Both the position numbers and the translations under genes were made by a program. A stretch of 64,000 bases of DNA from Phycisphaerales bacterium. GTDB lineage: Bacteria; Planctomycetota; Phycisphaerae; Sedimentisphaerales; UBA12454. Position 1 is the stretch's first letter. Every line of letters begins with the position of its first letter. Positions 38,622 to 45,536 of this stretch are shown here, piece by piece. The DNA is taken from assembly GCA_039679715.1 (NCBI GenBank), contig JBDKUM010000239.1, positions 32,060 to 96,059 on the forward strand. The letters are read 5' to 3'. The notes under the pieces were generated by a model. The model made no database searches and was not told the origin of the DNA. It saw only the letters and a program-made list of their open reading frames with translations.

Positions 38622-39050
38622 TTATTTTCTGCGTCGCAGCAGCAGCCCGCCAATAGCTAACAGGCTTATTGATACCGGTTCCGGAATTGTACTCATCGGA
38701 ACCGACCATTCGGTTACATTGCCAATGTTGTCTTTTGCGCGCACTCTATATACAGAGTTGCATACGGCCCAAAAAGGTCCGGACGTATACGATGGCGTTA
38801 AAATCCAACCGCTACTAATACCGTCACCTTCAATACAATCAAAAAAATACGATATTGGCGGATCATTATCAATTGCCGTCATAGCCGACATTGTATGATA
38901 GTAATAAATCCCATCCGATATTACACACGGCGGAATTGACCATTGAGCAGGATTCGGAGATGGCGGGATAAAGTTTGGATCTTCATACGCAAAAGATAGA
39001 CTGGTAAGTGAAATAGTTAAAACGATGGTTGCAATTAACCCCTTCTTCAT
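38622..39050 (-). CDS. PEP-CTERM sorting-domain secreted protein
   Basis: N-terminal signal peptide. C-terminal IPEPVSISLLAIGGLLLRRRK is a PEP motif, a TM helix and a basic tail. Confidence 0.75.
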   Translation of the reverse strand: MKKGLIATIVLTISLTSLSFAYEDPNFIPPSPNPAQWSIPPCVISDGIYYYHTMSAMTAIDNDPPISYFFDCIEGDGISSGWILTPSYTSGPFWAVCNSVYRVRAKDNIGNVTEWSVPMSTIPEPVSISLLAIGGLLLRRRK

Positions 39051-39166
39051 TTTCTTCTTCTCCTAAATTAAATAAAATACCTAAATTAACAACGGGGAAA
39101 TAATATCTTTTTTTATACTATCTGTCAAGTCGAATTAATTCTTTTTCTTTAGCAGACCGAATTTTT

Positions 39167-39196
39167 TTGTAAAAAGAGATGCAAATATGGTATAAT
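39167..39196 (+). promoter_or_regulatory. Extended -10 promoter-like site TTGTAA-N18-(TGg)TATAAT with no obvious downstream gene
   Basis: TTGTAA at 39167-39172 and TGGTATAAT at 39188-39196, read directly. The next annotated plus-strand feature is tRNA-Thr, about 560 nt downstream. Confidence 0.3.
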
Positions 39197-39281
39197 ATAT
39201 CCGTAATTAAACGATAAATTGGCTCTTTAACATTCTTCTTTACCCATTCACCCATTGACTCATCTACTCATCTACCACCTG

Positions 39282-39340
39282 TTTTTTCGGGTAAAAAGTT
39301 GAATTTTTTGGGTAAATAAACAATCTTTTAGGTAAAAAGG
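39282..39340. repeat. Three phased T-tract + GGTAAA(A/T)A direct repeats (20-21 bp period)
   Basis: ttttttcGGGTAAAAAG, ttttttGGGTAAATAA and cttttAGGTAAAAAGG, with GGTAAA starting at 39290, 39311 and 39331. Confidence 0.6.
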
Positions 39341-39593
39341 TGTTTTTTTGAAGCAAAAACGAGGTTTTTTGTGTTCCTTTTCTCATTTAGCCTTGGTTTT
39401 CTAAGTCTTTTTGACCAAAAGTGGCATCAATGTGGCATGGTTGCGACATGAAATGACATAAATGAAGCAAAATTCGACACTTTTGAGGCAACAATTTTTG
39501 GAGAATATTAATATATCTTCTAAAAGCTTTGTATAAGTTTTTAATTATAGGAAAATTCAAAAGAAAATTTTTTATAATTTTTTTTTAATTAAT

Positions 39594-39621
39594 TTGCATT
39601 TTTTTCGTAGTTCCATATACT
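39594..39621 (+). promoter_or_regulatory. Sigma70-like promoter TTGCAT-N16-TATACT with an A/T-rich UP-like tract, candidate promoter of tRNA-Thr/tuf
   Basis: TTGCAT at 39594-39599 and TATACT at 39616-39621, preceded by aaaattttttataatttttttttaattaa. Confidence 0.45.
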
Positions 39622-39757
39622 GTTGAATTCGCTTTTTGCGGAAAATGAGTTAGGGAGTCCCTTTGCATTTTCCGAATGTGAGCGAAAATCCTGCGTTTCA
39701 GTATTAAAAACGCATTTGTAAATTTGAAATTTCAAATTTGAGATCTCAAATTTTATT

Positions 39758-39830
<73 letters not shown>

Positions 39831-39973
39831 AAATTAAAAATAAATCTTGCCAAAAGGATGGCGGGGTAAAACAAGGTTATAAACGTTTTTAAAGCCAATG
39901 AGGCTTTTAAAGTTATAAAAGTAAAATAGAAAATTAATTAGCTTAATTACTTAACGTTGGAGGTTAGTACAAA

Positions 39974-41200
39974 ATGGCTAAAGCAGTATTCGAAAGAAAA
40001 AAACCGCACGTGAACGTCGGTACAATCGGACACGTTGACCACGGCAAGACGACTCTTACCGCGGCAATGACAAAAGTAATGGAACTCAAAGGCTTCAGCA
40101 AATTCAAATCTTACGATGATATTGCAAAAGCATCAGAATCACAGGGTAGAAGAGACCCAACGAAGATTTTGACAATCTCCACCGCACACGTAGAATATGA
40201 ATCAGAGACCAGGCACTACGCACACGTTGACTGCCCAGGCCATGCTGACTATGTAAAGAACATGATTACAGGAGCCGCCCAGATGGACGGAGCTATCCTT
40301 GTAGTTAGTGCTTATGATGGTCCAATGCCGCAGACAAGAGAACACATCCTTTTGGCACGTCAGGTAAACGTTCCAAAAATCGTTGTATTCCTTAATAAGG
40401 TTGACCTTGTCGATGACCCAGAGCTTCTCGAACTCGTTGAGATGGAAGTTAGAGACCTGCTCAATAAATACGACTTCCCAGGCGATAAAACACCAATTAT
40501 CAGAGGCTCTGCCAATACCGCTATGGCCGCTACAAAGATTGATGATCCTGCTTGTGCACCGATAGTTGAGTTGATCAAGGCTATGGACGAATATATTCCG
40601 ATTCCAGAGCGCGAAATTGATAAGCCGTTCCTTATGCCAATCGAAGACGTGTTCAGTATTAAAGGCCGTGGTACAGTAGGTACAGGCCGTATCGAACGCG
40701 GTGTTGTAAAGGTCGGCGAAGAAATCGCAATCATCGGCTTGAACAAAGAAACCAGAAAAACGATTGTTACAGGCGTTGAAATGTTTAACAAAACATTGGA
40801 TCAGGGACAGGCGGGCGATAACGTTGGCTTGCTGATGAGAGGCGTTGAAAAGAACGAACTCGAACGCGGCATGGTTGTTGCGGCTCCTGGCTCCATTACT
40901 CCTCACACACACTTCGAAGCAGAAGTTTACGTTCTGACAAAAGACGAAGGTGGAAGACACTCACCGTTCTTCGCAGGATATAAACCACAATTCTATTTCA
41001 GAACAACAGACGTTACCGGCGCGGTAAAGGCAATCAAGAGCCGTGAAGGTAAACCTGCTGAAATGTGTATGCCGGGCGACAACATCGCGATGGAAGTAGA
41101 AATTATTTCCCCAATCGCTATGGAAGAAGGCCTTAGATTTGCTATTCGTGAAGGCGGCAGAACAGTAGGCGCCGGCGTTGTAGTAAAGGTTATTAAATAA
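39974..41200 (+). CDS. tuf: Elongation factor Tu
   Basis: [56 protein letters not shown], and [10 protein letters not shown] at the C-terminus. GGAGG RBS. Confidence 0.97.
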   Translation: MAKAVFERKKPHVNVGTIGHVDHGKTTLTAAMTKVMELKGFSKFKSYDDIAKASESQGRRDPTKILTISTAHVEYESETRHYAHVDCPGHADYVKNMITGAAQMDGAILVVSAYDGPMPQTREHILLARQVNVPKIVVFLNKVDLVDDPELLELVEMEVRDLLNKYDFPGDKTPIIRGSANTAMAATKIDDPACAPIVELIKAMDEYIPIPEREIDKPFLMPIEDVFSIKGRGTVGTGRIERGVVKVGEEIAIIGLNKETRKTIVTGVEMFNKTLDQGQAGDNVGLLMRGVEKNELERGMVVAAPGSITPHTHFEAEVYVLTKDEGGRHSPFFAGYKPQFYFRTTDVTGAVKAIKSREGKPAEMCMPGDNIAMEVEIISPIAMEEGLRFAIREGGRTVGAGVVVKVIK

Positions 41201-41273
41201 GTTCAAAGTTAAAAGTGTAAAACTTTGGATTCGGCCTTATGGCCGAGACTATTTAAGTTTAGATTACAAATAT

Positions 41274-41306
41274 CGTCCTTCTTTGGTTTAAAGCTAAAGA
41301 AGGACG
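41274..41306 (+). terminator. Strong 11-bp hairpin downstream of tuf, with no clear U-tract
   Basis: CGTCCTTCTTT-ggtttaaagct-AAAGAAGGACG read directly. It may be a terminator, attenuator or processing site. Confidence 0.45.
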
Positions 41307-41350
41307 GTGTTCTAAAAACTAAAAATTAATACAGTAAAGAAATAAAAACT

Positions 41351-41518
41351 ATGGCAAAAGCAAAAAAAAGAGAATATGCCTGGCTCGAATGCAAGGACTG
41401 CGGGCAACGAAATTACAGAACGGAAATTAATGTTGCGCAAGGAACCCCGAAATTCGAATTGACGAAGTTCTGCAAGCACGAGCGTAAAAGAACAGTTCAT
41501 AAGATTAGACGTAAATAG
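41351..41518 (+). CDS. rpmG: 50S ribosomal protein L33 (55 aa, missing from the ORF track because it is under 60 aa)
   Basis: My translation is MAKAKKREYAWLECKDCGQRNYRTEINVAQGTPKFELTKFCKHERKRTVHKIRRK. It shows the L33 pattern (CxxC...KFCxxxxKHxxHKE/I) in the conserved tuf-rpmG-tRNA-Trp-secE context. Confidence 0.9.
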   Translation: MAKAKKREYAWLECKDCGQRNYRTEINVAQGTPKFELTKFCKHERKRTVHKIRRK

Positions 41519-41608
41519 TAATCCAGTATCTTTTAATTGGCCGTTTGTCGTCCAAATGGATGGCGAGCATTCAATGAAGAATAACGGCGGATTTTCCGCT
41601 GGAGTGAT

Positions 41609-41681
41609 AGGCCAGTAGCTCAATTGGCAGAGCGGCGGTCTCCAAAACCGCAGGTTAGGGGTTCGATTCCTCTCTGGCCTG
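41609..41681 (+). tRNA. tRNA-Trp (anticodon CCA)
   Basis: AGGCCAG acceptor / CTGGCCT, GCTC-AATTGGC-AGAGC D arm, GCGGT-CTCCAAA-ACCGC anticodon arm, and AGGGG-TTCGATT-CCTCT T arm. Confidence 0.9.
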
Positions 41682-41741
41682 CTATCGAAGACCAAGTAAG
41701 GGTTAGTAAGCGAATAGGATTTTGGGATTTCGAGGTTTTTA

Positions 41742-42140
41742 ATGTTAGAAAAATATAAATGGGGTCAGGGTAAGGATACCCGACTTTACAGTGCGGTATC
41801 GCTTGGATTATTGGCTGCGATCGGCTGCTGGAGATTGTACAAACTTCTGCAGGCATCGCTTGATTTAACTCAAACGCTTGGACTTTGGCTAAGTATAACC
41901 GTTCCGCTGGGATTGATGGTAATCTTTGCGGGACTTTTGTATTGGCTTGTTAATCGTCCAACCATAGCTGATTTTTTAATTGCCGCGGAAGGCGAGTTAA
42001 AAAAAGTGAGCTTCAGTTCAAAACGCGAAATAGCGGTATCGACTTTTGTCGTTATCATTGTTGTATTTTCGATGTCGGCAATGCTTGGCATTGCTGATTT
42101 TGTTTTTGATATGTTCTTCACGAATGTCATTGGAATATAA
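41742..42140 (+). CDS. secE: Preprotein translocase subunit SecE (three-TM form)
   Basis: IADFLIAAEGELKKVSFSSKREIAVSTFVVIIVV matches the SecE conserved amphipathic/TM3 region. Position between tRNA-Trp and nusG. Confidence 0.85.
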   Translation: MLEKYKWGQGKDTRLYSAVSLGLLAAIGCWRLYKLLQASLDLTQTLGLWLSITVPLGLMVIFAGLLYWLVNRPTIADFLIAAEGELKKVSFSSKREIAVSTFVVIIVVFSMSAMLGIADFVFDMFFTNVIGI

Positions 42141-42227
42141 ATAGCTTAAAACTCAAAGCTAAAAACCAAAAATTGTTGATTCGGCCAACTGGTCGAACTT
42201 TATTATTAATTAGAAACTAAGGTATTT

Positions 42228-42776
42228 ATGCGTTGGTATGTATTACGAGTAGCCTCTAATAGAGAGGAACAAGTCAGAGAAGCACTTGTACGCAAGGTTA
42301 CGCTCGAAGGTCTGCAGGCTGATATCGGTAGAGTCGTTGTTCCTGTCGAGCAGGTAAAACGAATCCGCGGCGGCAAACAGAAAGTGCAAAAACGTAAACT
42401 TTACCCGGGCTATGTATTTATGGAAATCGAGCCTGATGCCAACGGTAAGATAAGTGAAAAGGCCTGGTTCCTGATTAAGGAAACAATGGGCGTAGGCGAT
42501 TTCGTCGGAACCGAAGGTATGCCTGTTCCAATGAGCGATACAGATGTAGCCAAGATGCTCAACGAAGTTGAAAAGGTAAGCGAACAGACAGCGGCAAATA
42601 TTAAAGTCGATTTCGCAAAAGGTGATGTAGTAAAAATCCGCGAGGGTGCTTTTGAGAACTTCGAAGGCAGCGTGGATTCGATAGATGCAGAACGCGGCGT
42701 TGTTCGAGTAATTGTTACAATTTTCGGAAGAAGCACGCCGTTGGATATAGAATACTGGCAGATAGAGAAAGTATAA
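42228..42776 (+). CDS. nusG: Transcription termination/antitermination factor NusG
   Basis: MRWYVLRVASNREEQV NGN opening, YPGYVFMEI, and a C-terminal KOW (GDVVKIREGAFENFEGSV). Confidence 0.93.
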   Translation: MRWYVLRVASNREEQVREALVRKVTLEGLQADIGRVVVPVEQVKRIRGGKQKVQKRKLYPGYVFMEIEPDANGKISEKAWFLIKETMGVGDFVGTEGMPVPMSDTDVAKMLNEVEKVSEQTAANIKVDFAKGDVVKIREGAFENFEGSVDSIDAERGVVRVIVTIFGRSTPLDIEYWQIEKV

Positions 42777-42875
42777 ACGTCTATTGGCTGCGATTTCGAT
42801 GCTCGTTTCGGTTGCGTGAAACGGTAACGTGTAAAGTTCGCAGCATTTGGATGTAAAACGAAAGGTTAGTAAAAG

Positions 42876-43301
42876 ATGGCAAAACAAATAACAGGTAAGA
42901 TTAAATTGCAGGCACCAGGCGGGTCAGCAACACCTGCACCGCCAATCGGACCGGCTCTGGGCCAACATGGCGTTAATATCGGACAATTTGTTCAGCAGTT
43001 CAACGCAAGAACAAAAGAACTCAACGGAATGATAGTTCCTGTAGAAATTACAGTTTTTTCAGACAGGACATTTGAATTCATAGTTAAAAGCCCGCCGGCT
43101 GCGGTTCTTCTTAAGGATGCGGCACAATGTGCAAAAGGCAGCGGCACGCCAAATAAGGAAAAAGTCGGCCAAGTTACTAAAGAACAAGTTAGGAAGATTG
43201 CTGAACGTAAACTTGAAGACCTCAATGCTTTCGATGTTGAGCATGCAGTAAGGATTATTGAAGGTACTGCACGCAGCATGGGAATCGAAATAGAGAAATA
43301 A
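42876..43301 (+). CDS. rplK: 50S ribosomal protein L11
   Basis: [34 protein letters not shown] is the canonical L11 N-domain. Confidence 0.95.
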   Translation: MAKQITGKIKLQAPGGSATPAPPIGPALGQHGVNIGQFVQQFNARTKELNGMIVPVEITVFSDRTFEFIVKSPPAAVLLKDAAQCAKGSGTPNKEKVGQVTKEQVRKIAERKLEDLNAFDVEHAVRIIEGTARSMGIEIEK

Positions 43302-43307
43302 TCTAAT

Positions 43308-43333
43308 ATTTAAGATTTAATATTTTATATTTG
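43308..43333. repeat. AT-only intergenic repeat (copy b)
   Basis: ATTTAAGATTTAATATTTTATATTTG. An inverted related copy lies at about 43385-43420 (tttaaattttcaattttaaatattaaat). Confidence 0.65.
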
Positions 43334-43512
43334 AATTATTTTTAGAAGTGTAAATTGAATTTTACGATTTTTTGAGACGTCAAAAATTTTAAATTTTCAA
43401 TTTTAAATATTAAATATGAAAGCTTACCACGGCGAATTCGCCAGAGTGGCGGATAAGTGGGAGCGAAATTTAACCTTCCGCCAAGGCGGATAAATTTTGC
43501 GGAGTGAATAAA

Positions 43513-44208
43513 ATGAAAATCGTAAGAAGCAAGCGTTATAAAGCAGCGGCCAAGGAATGGTCGCCGGCACCAATGAAATTGGCCGATGCGGTTAAAAAAC
43601 TCAAAACTTTTAACCCGACAAAATTCGACCAAAGCATCAACTGTGTAGTTCATCTTGGTATAGATACTAAAATGTCTGACCAGTTAATCAGAGGAGCGAT
43701 TTCTCTTCCTCATGGTATCGGCAAGAGCAAAAAAGTTGTGGCATTCTGCGAAGAGTCAGATATTGAGGCAGCGAAAAAAGCAGGTGCTATCGAGGCAGGC
43801 AGCGACGATCTTATTAAGAAAATCAACGATGGCTGGATGGATTTCGATGTTGCGGTAGCTTCGCCTAAGGTTATGGGCAAGGCCGGCAGACTCGGTAAGG
43901 TACTCGGCCCACAAGGTAAAATGCCTTCTCCAAAGAACGGTACTGTAACAGCAGACATCATGACAGCGATTCGGGAATTTACGGCCGGTAAAACAGATTT
44001 CAAAAACGATACAGGCGGTAATGTTCATACAGTTGTTGGTAAATTCAGCTTTGATGAAAAGAAACTTGTAGAAAATATTCAGGCGTTTTTGGGTGTTATC
44101 AGAAAAATGAGACCGCAGTCGGCAAAAGGCACATATATGAAGAAAATAGCCATTAGCTCGACCATGAGTCCGTCTGTGATAGTAGATGCATCTGAATTTA
44201 ATATGTAA
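43513..44208 (+). CDS. rplA: 50S ribosomal protein L1
   Basis: RSKRYKAA..., IRGAISLPHGIGKSKKVVAF, and VAVASPKVMGKAGRLGKVLGPQGKMPSPK are L1 motifs. The ATG at 43513 has a GGAG 9 nt upstream, and the track GTG at 43504 is in frame. Confidence 0.93.
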   Translation: MKIVRSKRYKAAAKEWSPAPMKLADAVKKLKTFNPTKFDQSINCVVHLGIDTKMSDQLIRGAISLPHGIGKSKKVVAFCEESDIEAAKKAGAIEAGSDDLIKKINDGWMDFDVAVASPKVMGKAGRLGKVLGPQGKMPSPKNGTVTADIMTAIREFTAGKTDFKNDTGGNVHTVVGKFSFDEKKLVENIQAFLGVIRKMRPQSAKGTYMKKIAISSTMSPSVIVDASEFNM

Positions 44209-44214
44209 TTTACC

Positions 44215-44232
44215 GGTGGGTTAAAACCCACC
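44215..44232 (+). repeat. GGTGGG-ttaaaa-CCCACC hairpin (family GTGGGyTrAArCCCACCCT), 23 nt upstream of rplJ
   Basis: Read directly. A second copy lies at 63683-63698 upstream of rplE. Confidence 0.65.
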
Positions 44233-44254
44233 CTTTAAAAGATAAAGGTGAAAT

Positions 44255-44803
44255 ATGAGTAAACAAGTAAAACAATTATTATCTAACGAACTTCAAAGCA
44301 AGTTCAATGGGATAAATGAATTTATCGTTGTTGATATAACAGGTATCGACGGCATAGCGAATAACCAGCTACGCGAAAAATTACGCGAGAAGAACATAAA
44401 AATCACAATGGTTCGCAACGCAATGATGCGTGAGGCAATGAAGAGCCTGAACATGACCAAAGCTATGGATCTGTTTCTTACAGGTTCGAGCACGGTAGCA
44501 GTCGGCGGGGCAAGCATTGTCGATTTAGCTAAAGAAATCGATAGTATTTCAAAAACAATACCACTCAAGTTTAAAGGAGCTTATCTCGAAGGTTCGGCTC
44601 TTGACGCGACAGCCGCAAAGAACCTGATCAATATGAAAACCCGTGCTCAACTGCAGGGTGATATTATCATGTTGGCGAAATCACCGGCAAGCAGATTGGC
44701 ATCTCAGATTATGGCACCGGCAAGCAAAATCGCAGGCTGCATAAAGACTATTATCGAAAAGGGCGAAAAAGAAGCTCCTGCTCCAGCTCCAGCTGCGGCA
44801 TAA
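44255..44803 (+). CDS. rplJ: 50S ribosomal protein L10
   Basis: Position between rplA and rplL. L10-like N-terminal domain (FIVVDITGIDGIANNQLREKLRE) and an Ala/Pro-rich C-terminal end. Confidence 0.9.
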   Translation: MSKQVKQLLSNELQSKFNGINEFIVVDITGIDGIANNQLREKLREKNIKITMVRNAMMREAMKSLNMTKAMDLFLTGSSTVAVGGASIVDLAKEIDSISKTIPLKFKGAYLEGSALDATAAKNLINMKTRAQLQGDIIMLAKSPASRLASQIMAPASKIAGCIKTIIEKGEKEAPAPAPAAA

Positions 44804-44816
44804 CAATAAAAAATAG

Positions 44817-44859
44817 ATTCCCGGTTTCGCGGGAATGACAGCTCCGCCAAAAGGCGGAG
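44817..44859. repeat. Two adjacent REP-like hairpins: ATTCCCG-gtttcg-CGGGAAT and CTCCGCC-aaaa-GGCGGAG
   Basis: The first (44817-44836) is the inverted copy of the hairpin at 4751-4770, with 23 of 24 nt identical including the GTC/GAC flank. The second is at 44842-44859. Confidence 0.7.
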
Positions 44860-44870
44860 ACGAATTAGAA

Positions 44871-44905
44871 AATTTAAAATTTAATAATGAATATTTAAAA
44901 TTTTG
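44871..44905. repeat. AT-only intergenic repeat (copy e, split by ATGA)
   Basis: AATTTAAAATTTAATAatgaATATTTAAAATTTTG read directly. Confidence 0.6.
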
Positions 44906-44986
44906 CATATGCGAGTGTACCGCAAGGATTAAATGGGATGGCGTAATTCCAGCAGGCGCAAGCAATAGATTAATAGGAGTATTACA

Positions 44987-45385
44987 ATGTCAGATAAAAC
45001 ATGGAGTCCAGAAATCACACAATTAGGCGATGCAATCGTAAAGCTGACCCTTATGCAGGCAAAAGAACTGGGCGATTATCTTAAAGAAGTACATGGAATC
45101 GAACCGGCAGCAGGCGGAGCCGTAATGGTAGCAGGTCCTGCAGCAGGCGGAGAAGCAGCGAAAGTTGAAGAAAAAACATCTTTCGACGTCATCCTTAAAG
45201 CCGCAGGCGATAAGAAAATCCAGGTAATCAAAGAAGTTCGCGCTCTGACAGGTTTAGGCCTGAAAGAAGCAAAGGACCTCGTTGATGGCGCTCCAAAGCC
45301 AGTTAAAGAAGGCGTTACAAAAGATGAAGCCGAAGCTATGAAGAAACAAATCGAAGCAGCCGGCGGCACTGTTGAGATTAAATAA
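44987..45385 (+). CDS. rplL: 50S ribosomal protein L7/L12
   Basis: Ala/Gly-rich hinge, then [56 protein letters not shown], the canonical CTD. Confidence 0.96.
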   Translation: MSDKTWSPEITQLGDAIVKLTLMQAKELGDYLKEVHGIEPAAGGAVMVAGPAAGGEAAKVEEKTSFDVILKAAGDKKIQVIKEVRALTGLGLKEAKDLVDGAPKPVKEGVTKDEAEAMKKQIEAAGGTVEIK

Positions 45386-45400
45386 GTAATTGAAATCAAT

Positions 45401-45431
45401 CAGGGTGCCTGGTTTAAAGCCGGGCACTCTG
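45401..45431 (+). terminator. rplL-rpoB intergenic hairpin (attenuator-like)
   Basis: CAGGGTGCCTGG-tttaaa-GCCGGGCACTCTG forms 12 pairs, including 2 G-U in RNA, and is followed by an A/T-rich tract. Partial termination between rplL and rpoB is well known in E. coli. Confidence 0.5.
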
Positions 45432-45441
45432 AATATTTAAT

Positions 45442-45467
45442 ATTTAAAATTTAATATTTAAAATTGG
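45442..45467. repeat. AT-only intergenic repeat (copy c)
   Basis: ATTTAAAATTTAATATTTAAAATTGG. A related inverted copy lies at about 45491-45517. Confidence 0.65.
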
Positions 45468-45536
45468 GAACCGGATTCGAAGTTAAATAGTAAATTTTAG
45501 ATATTAAATATTAAATTAGTTTACGGGAGTCTGTAA

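Noticed and set aside
39421-39438. A sigma54-like pattern in GTGGCATcaatGTGGCAT (GG-N10-GC spacing).
   Set aside because: The -12 element is TGGCA rather than TTGCA. The motif is better explained as a direct repeat of GTGGCAT, and no gene lies nearby downstream.
40202-40960. Long antisense ORFs inside well-supported genes. Examples are 252 aa opposite tuf, 214 aa opposite nusG (42243-42887), 233 aa opposite ppdK (17678-18379), 199 aa opposite rpoB (48192-48791), 196 aa opposite the giant ORF (5912-6502) and 171 aa opposite rimO (22345-22860).
   Set aside because: Each lies entirely within a gene with unmistakable conserved motifs on the other strand. Their translations are low-complexity or Cys/Phe-rich with no recognisable motifs and no RBS context. 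These are typical shadow ORFs.
41312-41695. A 127-aa minus-strand ORF spanning the tuf-secE interval.
   Set aside because: It overlaps the plus-strand rpmG (a clear L33 translation) and tRNA-Trp, so it is a by-product of those features.
44835-45026. A 63-aa plus-strand ORF in the rplJ-rplL spacer.
   Set aside because: It is assembled from REP-like and AT-only repeat sequence, has no RBS, and runs out of frame into rplL.
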